A model generated the notes under the pieces. It was not told the DNA's origin, did not search any database, and saw only the letters and a list, made by a program, of their open reading frames with translations. 64,000 nucleotides of DNA from positions 55,676,001 through 55,740,000 of the forward strand of contig OX597822.1 in the NCBI GenBank assembly GCA_951406725.2, in the 5' to 3' direction. This DNA comes from Octopus vulgaris (Eukaryota). How positions within the stretch are numbered: position 1 is the first letter of the stretch; every line of letters begins with the position of its first letter. The position numbers and the translations under genes were made by a program. Below are positions 13,711 to 24,710 of this stretch, piece by piece.

Positions 13711-14766
13711 GTATGTGTTTAATGAATGATTTCATTTTTTTTATATATTTGAACGTATTAACAACAGTTTATTGTTGTTGTAATAGCTTGGGCTATCAGA
13801 AACTTTGTAAAGAAGAAAACTAGAGAACGTCATTACTAACAAATCAAGGAATGAGCATGGGCAAAAATATGAAACCCGATTCAATGAGGTCGCCTAGAAA
13901 TAGTAGCCAAATGTTCTCCAAATCACACAAATCGTCTTATAAATAAGGATACTTTAAGTAATGTAGATTGAGAAGAAAGACAAGATGGAGGCATTTCGAA
14001 TGATTTATTTTCATGGGTCTTCTCATTCAGAGCCGATCTATACAAAACAATAACGACAACTAGTAATCGATTATGTCGACAAAAATGTGAATGCACTTCT
14101 TAGCTTATAATATATGTAATTTTGGACTCCTTATTCAAGCGAGCAGCTAACAGGAAAAGTAACAACTTGTAGCGTAGCTAGGTGATATCCTCACTGTTTG
14201 AGAGATATATTAGAAATGACCTCGTGTTAGATAGCAATCATCTTTCGGCTGCTTAGGTTCAGTTGTGTCCGCTACTCTGATTGGTTGATTATTTCGCGCC
14301 AGTGTGTAAAACAACCAATCACGGCCTTCGGATAAGGTCCCATGACACAGTCTTTTTGGGTTTTCACTAGAGCTCACTTTCGGTTGTAAAAGGCGCCAGC
14401 AAATCACTATTTCTCGTCTTAGGTTCTAGTCCTTCTCAGGACTAACCTCTGACCACAGCGACTCAGCCATGTTCCAGCGACGCAGCCAGTTTCTACTCCA
14501 GCCGCAACGAGACAACATACAGCAACGCAACGACGCCTTTCTTCACCGATGCCTTAGGTCAACTTTACATCGTCTCCATCTCCGTCGCCTTCATCTCCAC
14601 CAACAGTAATACGTACACAGCAATACGCTCAGGTTTAAACTCCACGCTCTTGTGAATACTCACCAAGGTGAACAGCTCAGTCAGACTGCGAGATTTCTGT
14701 ATCAAGTAACCCGGCACGGTATAATAACAACGGATCTTTTCTGTTTGAACAGCAGATGTCAACACA

Positions 14767-15488
14767 ATTTCTAGTTAACTAAACACTTTTAAACTTCGTA
14801 TACTAGTAGAATGTGTTTATAAAACATCATTTTTTCTTGGTTTTATTGAGAAAATTCTATAGTTTGTAACATATTTCCACTATAAAATCGAGCATTTTGA
14901 CAATTTTAACCAATCAAATACGTCCATTTGGAGTCAAAACATACCGTGCTGTATGAATATGCCCCTCGTTTAAGAAACAGATTAGGTTTATTTACATTTG
15001 CGAAGAAAAAAGATACCCTTCCCCCACCTCTAACCCTAATCCTAAAATAGATTGAAATGCAATAGATCGATACCAGGGCCATAATTATGGGTGACAATTT
15101 CATACGACACCGCTACGGAAAATGGGATTTTTTTCTAGCGGTGTCAAATGAAAATGTCACCCATAATTATGGCCCTGGTATCGATCTATTGCATTTCAAT
15201 CTATTTTAGGATTAGGGTTAGGGTTAGGGGTGGGGGAAGGGTATCTTTTTTTCTCCGAAAATGTAAATAAACCCAATCTGTTTCTTAAACGAGGGGCATA
15301 TTCATACATCACGGAATCTTTTCACCCCAAATGGAGGTGAGCGATTGGTTAAAATTGCCAAAATGCTCGATTTTAAAGTGGGAATATGTTATAACATAGA
15401 ATTTTCTCAATAAAGCCAAGAAAAAACGATGTTTTATAAACACATTCTACCAGCATACGAAGTTTAAAAGTGTTTAGTTAACTAGAAA
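14767..15488. mobile_element. About 720-bp foldback palindrome, same family as 142-1129
   Basis: About 350-bp imperfect inverted arms centred near 15125. Shares AACTAAACACTTTTAAACTTCGTATACT and the CCCTAA-containing internal block with the first MITE. Outermost TIR bases are missing. Confidence 0.8.
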
Positions 15489-17091
15489 TCCACAACAACT
15501 TCTGCACTTCTAGTAACCGGTACTGCCTCGTGACCTCAACTTCTTTTATAGGACTACAACTATTCTGTAACCTTACTACGAACTGGTAAATTGACTGCTG
15601 AGAGACTCATTCTATGCTCTGTATTGTATTCTGTCTCACACGCATACACCTTGTTTGTAATTATGTTCACTCTTGTAACACGAACACAGACACAAACATT
15701 TGATTGCATGCACCGTTGTTATACTTACAACGTACACACAGACACACATGTGCACGCACTCATTCTGCTTGCACCCATAATATATCCTATTGTACACATC
15801 TGTAAATAATCTTTCTTCTCTCAAACAATAGAACGGTTGTGGCGTCCTCATTATTCCTTTTAGCACTTATTCATTTATACGATGTATCTGGCTTCTTATG
15901 CGACCGTACGGCATTAAAAAGGAGACATATCTGTCACCAACTCCATTATGTACGGTCGTTTTACTGCAAACTCAATCACATAAATCAGGTTATCTAAATA
16001 GTGGTGCATTTTCTGATGAAACACAAAGATCTATATTTTATGATGGTGGGTAACTAGCAAGTATCACATTCGCACCTTTTCAGAATGTATATAATTAAAG
16101 TGAAATTGTTTCATATTATTCTCAAACCTTAAAAAACTTACCCATTCTTACTGGGGACTTACTGCATGTGATTTAAATATATACACTTTATGATAAATAT
16201 TATATGCAGCTCATACACCGAATACACCGAATGCACCGAATCTCTATAAAAACCTGATTTTGGCCAGCTAACATCCCTGGTCAACAGCCAAAATATCTTT
16301 ACTGAATACACATATACTCATTTTCACGATACAAAATAGTCTCCTTTCAATTTTCTCATCACTCATTACCTCACCGTTTGCAGGAGGAAAAGAAGCGGGT
16401 AATCGCACCTTGATATTGGTAAGTCCGGAGCAGGTTTCCAACTATAGCTTTATAACCCTTTGTGCATTTATTTCCAAGAAGATTGTCTGTGACCAATTCG
16501 AAAGCTGTCTACGTTGGCTTTGGAAGACAATCAAAGAAATAAGAATATTAGCATATACATTCAACGCTGAGGATTTTGTTATCACTGCGGTAGCAAGAGT
16601 TGTTCAGATTATTTATGCATTTGAAGGGTATTTCTAACAGATAAATGTAGTTCCAATAAAATCATACAATTTAACATAAGAGGTAACGCCCACAAAGCAT
16701 TAGTTTAATCGTCTCGAAGGAACGACGCAGTCGTCCATATACGCATATCACATTATGCTTATATGGTTGATACAGTAATTTTCATGTAATATATGCTGCA
16801 ACCTATGCGCTTTATTGTACCATAAACCCATTGGAAAAACAAAAACGGGTGTAATTCTGTAACTAAAAAACCTTTCAATATGAACTTGAATTTCGTAACC
16901 AGCGATCCAAATTAATGGACACGGAATAGTTTCAGCTCCAGCACAAAAATTGTTGAATTTTGTTAGTAAGTTTATTTGATGGGATTTAAGTTGAAATTGT
17001 TTACTTTAAATTTACTTTATCGACTTGATTGTGCACTCTTCCTTTTTGGCTTCATTTTATTCATGTTTTTATTTATTTGTTATATTTACAG

Positions 17092-17383
17092 GGACAGAAA
17101 TCCGTAAAAAACGTTTAATTTCAAGATTTGGCAGTTTGAGACAAGCAATTGTCATGGAAAGTGGTTAAGAACAGTTTGTGTTTTTGGACACGGTGATTTG
17201 AAACAATTAACAAATTCGTCGAAACTATTTGCAAACAAATTTGAACAGCGCTTTATGCCAATGACGCTTCGTTGTCTCTCAGAATGGCATTATAACAGAA
17301 CACGAGATGAATATAATAGAAAATATGTATTTAGTGCTAAAGCCTATGAACAAATGTTAGAAGTCCTTTTACGGATACAATAG
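17092..17383 (+). CDS. GCNT-like gene, last exon (apparent frameshift near 17123-17129)
   Basis: Strong acceptor tatatttacag|. CHGKWLRTVCVFGHGDL...LFANKF...CLSEWH is the GCNT C-terminus, but it is out of frame with the exon entry. Confidence 0.8.
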
Positions 17384-17616
17384 TTTAGCAAACTATTATT
17401 GAAATTGGTTACATGTGTCAATTAAAATATTTATATAATTTTTCTTTCTTTGTTTATCTTCGGTGCGTTGTTCATAAAAGATATCTTGCTACGGATAGGA
17501 ATATGGGAAGAGTAATAGGAGGTTTAAATCAATAAAGTTTCGAAACGGTGTGATATGTTCTGCAGTACGTTAACCGAAACTTATTCTAGTGAAGAAATTT
17601 TTTTGTTCAACTACAT

Positions 17617-17836
17617 GCGGGCTATAAAAATCGAATTATTTTGGCTTCATTTTCTTAACTGCGGGCTGTAAAAATCGAATTATTTTGGGTTCATTTTCTT
17701 AACTGCGGGCTGTAAAAATCGAATTATTTTGGGTTCATTTTCTTAACTGCGGGCTGTAAAAATCGAATTATTTTGGGTTCATTTTCTTAACTGCGGGCTG
17801 TAAAAATCGAATTATTTTGGGTTCATTTTCTTAACT
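17617..17836 (+). repeat. Tandem repeat, 5 x 44 bp
   Basis: GCGGGCTGTAAAAATCGAATTATTTTGGGTTCATTTTCTTAACT at 17617, 17661, 17705, 17749 and 17793. Confidence 0.95.
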
Positions 17837-17879
17837 GAAAACTTCCGTAAATCACTCCGACATGGACTAATTCCAACTG

Positions 17880-18800
17880 GGAAATGGATGAAGCTTTGTT
17901 ATAGTGGAGAGAATTGGATTTGTCAGTTCCTGTTACAGTTGAGGATAGATGGAATTAGAGAGTATGGGACAACTACACTCAGGTACCTCTTTCAACTCTC
18001 TCCTTGATCAATCCGATCAATTTTCAAGGTATCGCCTACTTTCTGCTAGTGCAAAATTCTCAGGGGACTGGATTGATACCCTGCCTGTGGCCAACATTGG
18101 TGGTCTACTCAATCAACATGAGCTCCGCATCTCCATCGCACTCAGAGTGGGAGCTGACGTCTGTAGGGGACAAAGATGTCGCTGTTGCAAGCCCCTCGAT
18201 GCCACAGGTCTGTTTTGCCGCCTAAGTACTGGACGTTTCGCTCGTCACACCGAGCTAAACCTAATCCTTCAGGTGGCTCTTGCTCGGATTAATATCCCCT
18301 TAGTTCTGGAGCGGGCAGGATTATCTAGAAGTGATAGGAAAAGATGAGATGGTCTTAACCTCCGTCCCGGCATTAGAGATAGGTGCCTCATCTGGGACGT
18401 CACTCTGTGACTCTTTTGCTCTCACCCACATCCTTGATGCTACGGTAAACGAGAGGGTTACTGCTTCTTATTCCGAGCGAAACAAAATCCTGAAGTACCG
18501 GGGCCTGTGACATTTGAGGCATTCGGAAGGACTGAGCGATGTTCTTGTCATCGTTGGCAGCTCGCCTCACCAAGATTCAGATGATGCCCATGAGGGTGCT
18601 TGTCTTTTCCAACGCCTTAACCTCGCCACCGCCCATGGTAATGTTGCGAGCATGCTGGCTTGCTTCAGTACGTTACATTGAACATTGTGGTGTGCGACTA
18701 ATTGAAGCACTTGGTGCTGCATTGATGTTTTCTTTTCTTTTTTCTCTTTTCCTCTCTCCTTTTTTCCACTTTTCTTTGTCGCTCTTTTGTAAAAACTAGA
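17880..18800 (+). mobile_element. 5'-truncated CRE-like (RLE-type) non-LTR retrotransposon relic
   Basis: SGDWIDTLP...LRISIALRVG...CRC...C...RFARHTELN...R*DGL...LIWDVT corresponds to a zinc knuckle plus PD-D restriction-like endonuclease. Contains stops and frameshifts. Confidence 0.75.
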
Positions 18801-19342
18801 TTAGTATAAAATTAAGTATTGCATGCTTGTTGGTAGCATAGTCATATAAGAATGTGATTCTAAAACTTGTCCTAATCTGAAATTTAAAATTTTCGATCGT
18901 TAAATGTATTAGTTTTCTCAAAGTTAACAGTATATGGTTATGAAAGAAGATCTCTGAAGGAGGTTATTTTAGGATCTTTTCGGTTTGGCTATACTTTATG
19001 AAATCTTAAAATTAAATGAAAATTTTCAGATTTGGTGTAATGATATAACTTTTTCCTCATCCGTTATTCACTCATTCCAGGAAAATTTTTAAAAAAAGTT
19101 ACAGAAGTTTAAAGTTTGATAGTTTTTACCCGCTCAGTAAACAGGATCTGGAAGGTGTCATTTTGTGTGTGACTAGAATCTTATGACGGCAAAACATTCA
19201 TGGCGACATTACGACAACAAAACATGTTTAAAGCATTTAATAAGAATTTAATGTGAGAAATCACCCAAAATTAAACAAACTGCAAAGTTTTTAACACACA
19301 ATTATTGTGAAAGGTATATATATATATATATTGTTAGAGGTG

Positions 19343-19390
<48 letters not shown>

Positions 19391-20176
19391 TTAATTGATG
19401 TACAAATTGAAATTAAAAAAAAAACAAGCGAAATCATGAATTGAAAGTTTGGTAATTACTTCTGCACCAATTTGAACCACGCGACACTTATGGGATTGAT
19501 GATGGCAATCCCTCAATGTCGAGGATGATGGTCTTCGCGCAAATTTACTGGTGAGTCCGTAGGTGACCGATAAGACCAATTCTTGCTTGAAAAGATCGGT
19601 CGCAGTGCGGACATCTAGTGCCAGAAGAGAGAGTCGCACGTGGTTGTTGTTGGCGCCCCTTCCGTCGTCGTCTTTTCTCCTCCAGCTCTGCAGACCTTTT
19701 CGACTCGAAAGTCGCCGTTCACTCATGGATGGTAGTTTTCCAAAGTGGTCTGTTTTTTGCCGTTTCCTCCCAGTTAGTGAAGTCGAAACAGCAAAAAGGG
19801 CCAGAAACAACAAAAACAAAACAATAATATGCCTAAATCGGTCTCAAGTTTGCGCGTGGAGTGTGAGTAGTATTGTAAAAATTTGCGAAATATTTTTTCA
19901 TAAAAGGATGTCGGAAGCTGTGATATAAATTGGGAAAATAATCCTCGACACCAGTGTGTAATTGGTACTTAATTTATCGACCCCGAAACGATGAAACATT
20001 TACCCCCCCCCCTTCTGGTTTATTTACCTTTTGTGCAAATTTGTTGTGGCAAGTGGCAACACACGAACGTGTATGTATGCTTGTGTGCGTATGTGTGTGT
20101 ATGTATATGTCCGTTTGTATGTGTGTGTACGCTTATATATTAATTACTATGTGCTTGTGCAAATGTATATGCATGT

Positions 20177-20217
<41 letters not shown>

Positions 20218-20269
20218 TGTGTGTCGTGCGTCTGCTATATTTCTTTATCAATATCGATAACGCAGCAAT

Positions 20270-20476
20270 GCTGGGATTTCATTGGTTAAAATTCGAAGAT
20301 GTTGGGATTTCATTGGCTAAAATTCGTAAAATTAAACTACGTTTAAGTTACGAATTACAATTTTGTTTTCAATTTTGTTTACAATAATGTTTTCTTTTGA
20401 CACATTCTACCAGTATACGAAGTTTCAAATTTTTTAGTTAACTAGAAAATTCCGTCTATCAAACAGAAAAGATCCA
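20270..20476. mobile_element. Right TIR of the Merlin-like MITE family (possible left TIR at 18972)
   Basis: CACATTCTACCAGTATACGAAGTTT...GAAAAGATCC, with GGATCTTTTCGG at 18972. No matching TSD found. Confidence 0.55.
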
Positions 20477-20649
20477 GAGTGCTCTTTGATACAAGTAAAT
20501 GTCGAACCTTTCAAACCTTTCCGATTTCCCTTATTAAAACAGCTAGAACTTGTGCAATAATCTGACATACGCCAGTGACTGTGGTTACTGTGAAAATCTA
20601 TATATATCCAGCCTGCAGAGGAAGTCCCTCAACGAAGAGCGGTGCTTAC

Positions 20650-20692
20650 CATACGTTGACAAGAGGCAATAACCTCGAAACCGGTCCGTGTG
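20650..20692 (+). ncRNA. Minimal type-I hammerhead ribozyme (U3-A8 core variant)
   Basis: CAUACG-UUGACAA-GAGG(CAAUAA)CCUC-GAAA-CCGGUC^CGUGUG. Stem I 6 bp, stem II 4 bp, palindromic stem III, GUC cleavage triplet. Confidence 0.8.
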
Positions 20693-20864
20693 TAGTATCC
20701 GTATCTTCGGGGAGACTGATCTCCCTTTGCTGGCTGGCAAGGACACCGAGATGGTGTCAGCTCTTCTGGTGACGTCGATGTTCGCCTGGGGCTAAATGCA
20801 TCAGTAACACCCCCACCACCCCGCCCTGACCCTAGCCACATTCAGATGGGTGATCCCTCTTATG

Positions 20865-20930
<66 letters not shown>

Positions 20931-21117
20931 ATATATATTTCGGCATATCTGCACAAATGTGCCCCATAGATTTGTTTCTTCATGATCTTGAGAAAATTAA
21001 ATATTTCTTTTCTACAAATATGCTTCAGATCATGGAGATTCCGATTAAATTAGAATTTATTGTGAAAACCATTTGTCCTTAAAGAAGTTTTAGAAAATTC
21101 ATACCATTAGGCTTTGT

Positions 21118-21150
<33 letters not shown>

Positions 21151-21205
21151 CGTTTTTGGATTTGGTTTGCATGATTCTTTATATGAGTTCGTGTGTTGAA
21201 GCAAA

Positions 21206-21375
21206 TTCTGTTGCGTCTGGGGAGAGTCATTTTATTTTTGTGCTTTATAATGTAAGACACTCACCGGTAAAACTTCACTTTTTAGGAAAATAAAAATAAG
21301 AAAAAAGTGGAAATTTTACCGGTGAGTGTTACATTATAAGACACAAAAAGAAAATGACTCTCCCCAGACACAACA

Positions 21376-21376
<1 letters not shown>
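21206..21376. repeat. Imperfect inverted repeat (~80-bp arms) between (TA)n tracts
   Basis: GTCTGGGGAGAGTCATTTT...CACTCACCGGTAAAA versus TTTTACCGGTGAGTG...AAAATGACTCTCCCCAGAC. Confidence 0.85.
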
Positions 21377-21443
<67 letters not shown>

Positions 21444-22618
21444 ATATATGTATATATACGTGGGTGTATACGTATTGTTTTAATTATACACACATACACA
21501 CAAAAAACTGGCACACCGTCGGTTACGGCAATCACATGTATCCAAACCTAGTAATGATAATACCAACTATAACAACACTCTAAATCACAATACACCTCAT
21601 AATAATAATTCACCTAAAAATACTAATCCAGTAGTAGATAACTCTCCCCTACAGTACAACCTAGTATAAATAATAAAGATAAAGATATTAACTTTGATTT
21701 AGAATTGAAATTCCTTACTTCGGCACCATCGTTCGTACAATGTAAAAAATAATAAATACCTCCTGAGCATTAATAGCAATTTTTTAATATCAATGGCCAG
21801 ACTCCCATTAATTAACTTAAGGGAAGAACGAAACAGCCCTTGCCTGCACATAGGTAAGCATGTTTTCTCTAGATATCTCTTCACCTTAATAATAGTAGAC
21901 TTTGATTCTAATTGTTAGCATAATTTACCTTTCAATTACAATTTTTGTTTGATAGATTAACTTATATAGGCCCACTTAGGTAATTCAGCATTAATATTCT
22001 TACACTAAAATCTCTTCCAGTTTAAAAACCCATCTCCCACACTTAATTTCATTTTATTACTTCATTACATTACTTTTCAGTATGACACCCTCTTATAATT
22101 ACATATTGACCGTTCTCAAATTTATACTATAGTGTGCGCATGTATCCATTCCCCCTCTTTGGTCCTTCACCTTAATAATGAAGGAATTTGTCTTTATTTT
22201 GTAATACAATTTACCTTTAATTCATCATATTTTTATATTCATATATAAATATATATATATATATATTTTTTATATAGACTTAAACGGCTTCATGCCCCTT
22301 ATAACATACACCTTTCATTTATTTACCCCGGAGAATAAAGGTTTATTAATAACCAGTCTTCACCTTTATCTTTATTGTGTAATACAATTTACCTTTTATT
22401 AATATTGAATGTTTGATTATCACACTTTAATTTATTTCTGGACTCCTTTTAGTTAATTCAGCATTTGTCCACTTCTAATAAATACAGACCACCCTAGTGT
22501 ACTTACCCTTTGCATTACCTCCCCTACACAATACGATAATCATTTAACATTTTAACACCAAATTTGCATCCTCAGTTAAGTATTTGCTTGCTCTTTGTTT
22601 TACAATTTGTACTTACAA

Positions 22619-22647
22619 GAGTGGCTGTGTGGTAAGTAGCTTCTTAC
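22619..22647 (+). mobile_element. SINE family B head (A box), split by insertions
   Basis: GAGTGGCTGTGTGGTAAGTAGCTT-CTTAC matches the 5' end of the intact copy at 59808-60231(-). Confidence 0.85.
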
Positions 22648-24695
22648 CAGACAGACGTGTTGTTTTTTGCTCCTGCAAATGTCACGTGTTTGAACGTGAA
22701 ATGTTGAACTTTTGACTCGGCGACAGGTAAGACGTTCTGTATTTTTAGAAGCATAGTGAAGTTTATTGCTTGCTTAATGTTATTTAGCAGTTAACGTTAT
22801 CTAGCATTAATATTTTTTTGCGGGTAATAGACTTCACTTTGCTTCAGTTATATTTCTCTGCCTGTTGTCGTGTCTAAGGTCTCACTCTTTAGTGAGAATT
22901 GTGCTTTTTGAGGAGGCGTAGCCCCTCCGCAAAAATTAATTTGTTTGCTTGTGTTTTCCACTGGATTTACCACGGAGTACCAAGGCTGAAAGGACCAATT
23001 GTGCTGCGACTGGAGTACCCTGTTTCGTTAGGATTACCAGAGTTGCAGAACTGTGTTGCCATTGACTGAACTGTCTTCCTTCGTTCTTTTCTCTGCTCTG
23101 TCTTTCTGTTCTTTCATTGTGTTTTTTATTGGACTTTTATTAGAACTTTGAACTTTTGATTGAACTCTTTTTCTCTTTTCATTTAAAATCATGGCAACGA
23201 AAGAAACCACTGCTTTGGAGTGGGAGGTTGTCCCGCCCAAGCAGTGGGTTGAAGGTCTTGAGAGGAGGACGGTGGTCCTACGAACCTATTCTAGGTCGCG
23301 TGGAGCCATCGCCCTCTTCGACAGGAATACTATAGAGAGAGAGTTGGGGGACCACCTGCCAACTATAAAGTTTATTTCTCGGGGGACTAAATTTGCAACG
23401 GTGTGGTTGCTGTTTGCTACCCCCGAGGAAGCTAGCAGATTTGCTAGCGAGCCCCTGGAGGGAGAGGAAATTTTGTTCCTCCCCTCGTATTGTGGCAGAA
23501 AGATAAAAAGAGCCTGGGTTTGTGGGCTGCCCCCGGGCACGGAAGCGGGATGGATCGAGGAGACCATCCGGCGAGGCCTGGGGGATAGCGGACCCAGGCT
23601 ACTGAGTGTAAAAATGGCTCCGCGGTCGCCTGGGAGGGGTCAAAGTTGCCTTTGACCCTGTGGAAACCGGTGGCCGTGGGAGAAATGAAATTCCCGGACT
23701 TCCTGAGAATGGCTGGGCACAGGTACCCGGTGATACTCGAGGGTCGCCCCCCAAGTGTCACCTGTGCCTGAAGCCCGGACATATCAGGAGGAATTGTCCC
23801 AGGGGCCGTGGTGGTGCCCCGGAGCAGAAAGGGGAAAAGGCGCCCGCCGCCCCCTCATTGGAGGGGGAGACGGTGGAAGTCGTGGAGGAGGTTGCCTCCA
23901 CGAAAAGAAAGAGACAGGCGAGCAACAATGGTTGCCCGCCAAAGAACGCTCAGGTGGCGGAGGGGGATAGCGATCCCCCGTGTCTGGTGACGGAGTCCCC
24001 TGGGTCAGCAGTCTCCCCCAAAAGAAGGAGGAGAAAAAGGAGAGGTCAGACGACTGACGTTTCTGTGTCGCCGACGGAGCCGCGGGTGGGATGTGTGCCA
24101 CCTGCGGACAAGGCTCCGCCAGTGGGAAGTGTGCCACTGACGGAGCAGTGTGAGGTCCCTTCCTGTGAAGAGGAGATGCTTCTCCTCCTTTACCACAAGG
24201 GAGAGGAGGTGAAAAGGTTTTTGAATGGCTTGGGTGACCGAGAACGCAAGGGCACGGTCGGCTCAAGGAGTCCGTTATGGCCTCCGCGGGTAGCTGCGGA
24301 AAAAGTAACGGAAGATATTTTGTCAAGGGTCGCAGAGACCTTTGAGAGGAAACATTTCACTTTTCTCTTTGCAGGCCCCGACTTGTCGCAGAGTTGTCTG
24401 CAGGCGGCAAGACAATTTGCTTCGGGAACCTGACGGGGAGAATTGTTGAACATTCTTGTAACATGTTGAAGAGGAGGTTTATTGCCTCCTCTAAAATATG
24501 TAATTTGAATCATTGTGAACATTTTGTGCATTAAATGTAATTATTGAACATTGTTTTAGAGAAGCGGAAGTCGGCGGGCGCTTTTGACTTCTCCCATCAC
24601 CATCTTCATCCACCACCACCATCATCCATTAATGTCCTTGTCCAGCCCGTAGCTACTACTCTGTGTGCTGCCCTAGTGGCAAATTATATAAAATA
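22648..24695 (+). mobile_element. ORF1-only Tx1-like retroelement, copy 1
   Basis: 540-nt 5' UTR, gag-like ORF1, conserved 3' UTR ending AATAAA. Flanked by a duplication of the SINE target. Confidence 0.85.
23191..24433 (+). pseudogene. Tx1/L1-type ORF1 protein (CCHC zinc knuckle), two 1-bp frameshifts (~23620, ~23750)
   Basis: MATKETTALEWEVVPP...LEGRPPKCHLCLKPGHIRRNC (CX2CX4HX4C). Homologous to ORF1 of the EN-bearing element at 54.3-55.6 kb. Confidence 0.8.
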
Positions 24696-24710
24696 AAGTA
24701 GCTTGCTAAC

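Noticed and set aside
17617-17836. CRISPR-like repeat array
   Set aside because: Contiguous 44-bp units with no spacers, no cas genes and a eukaryotic context.
18972-20476. Single Merlin element with an internal transposase
   Set aside because: TIR-like ends face each other, but there is no TSD and no DDE motif in the 19.4-19.9-kb ORFs.
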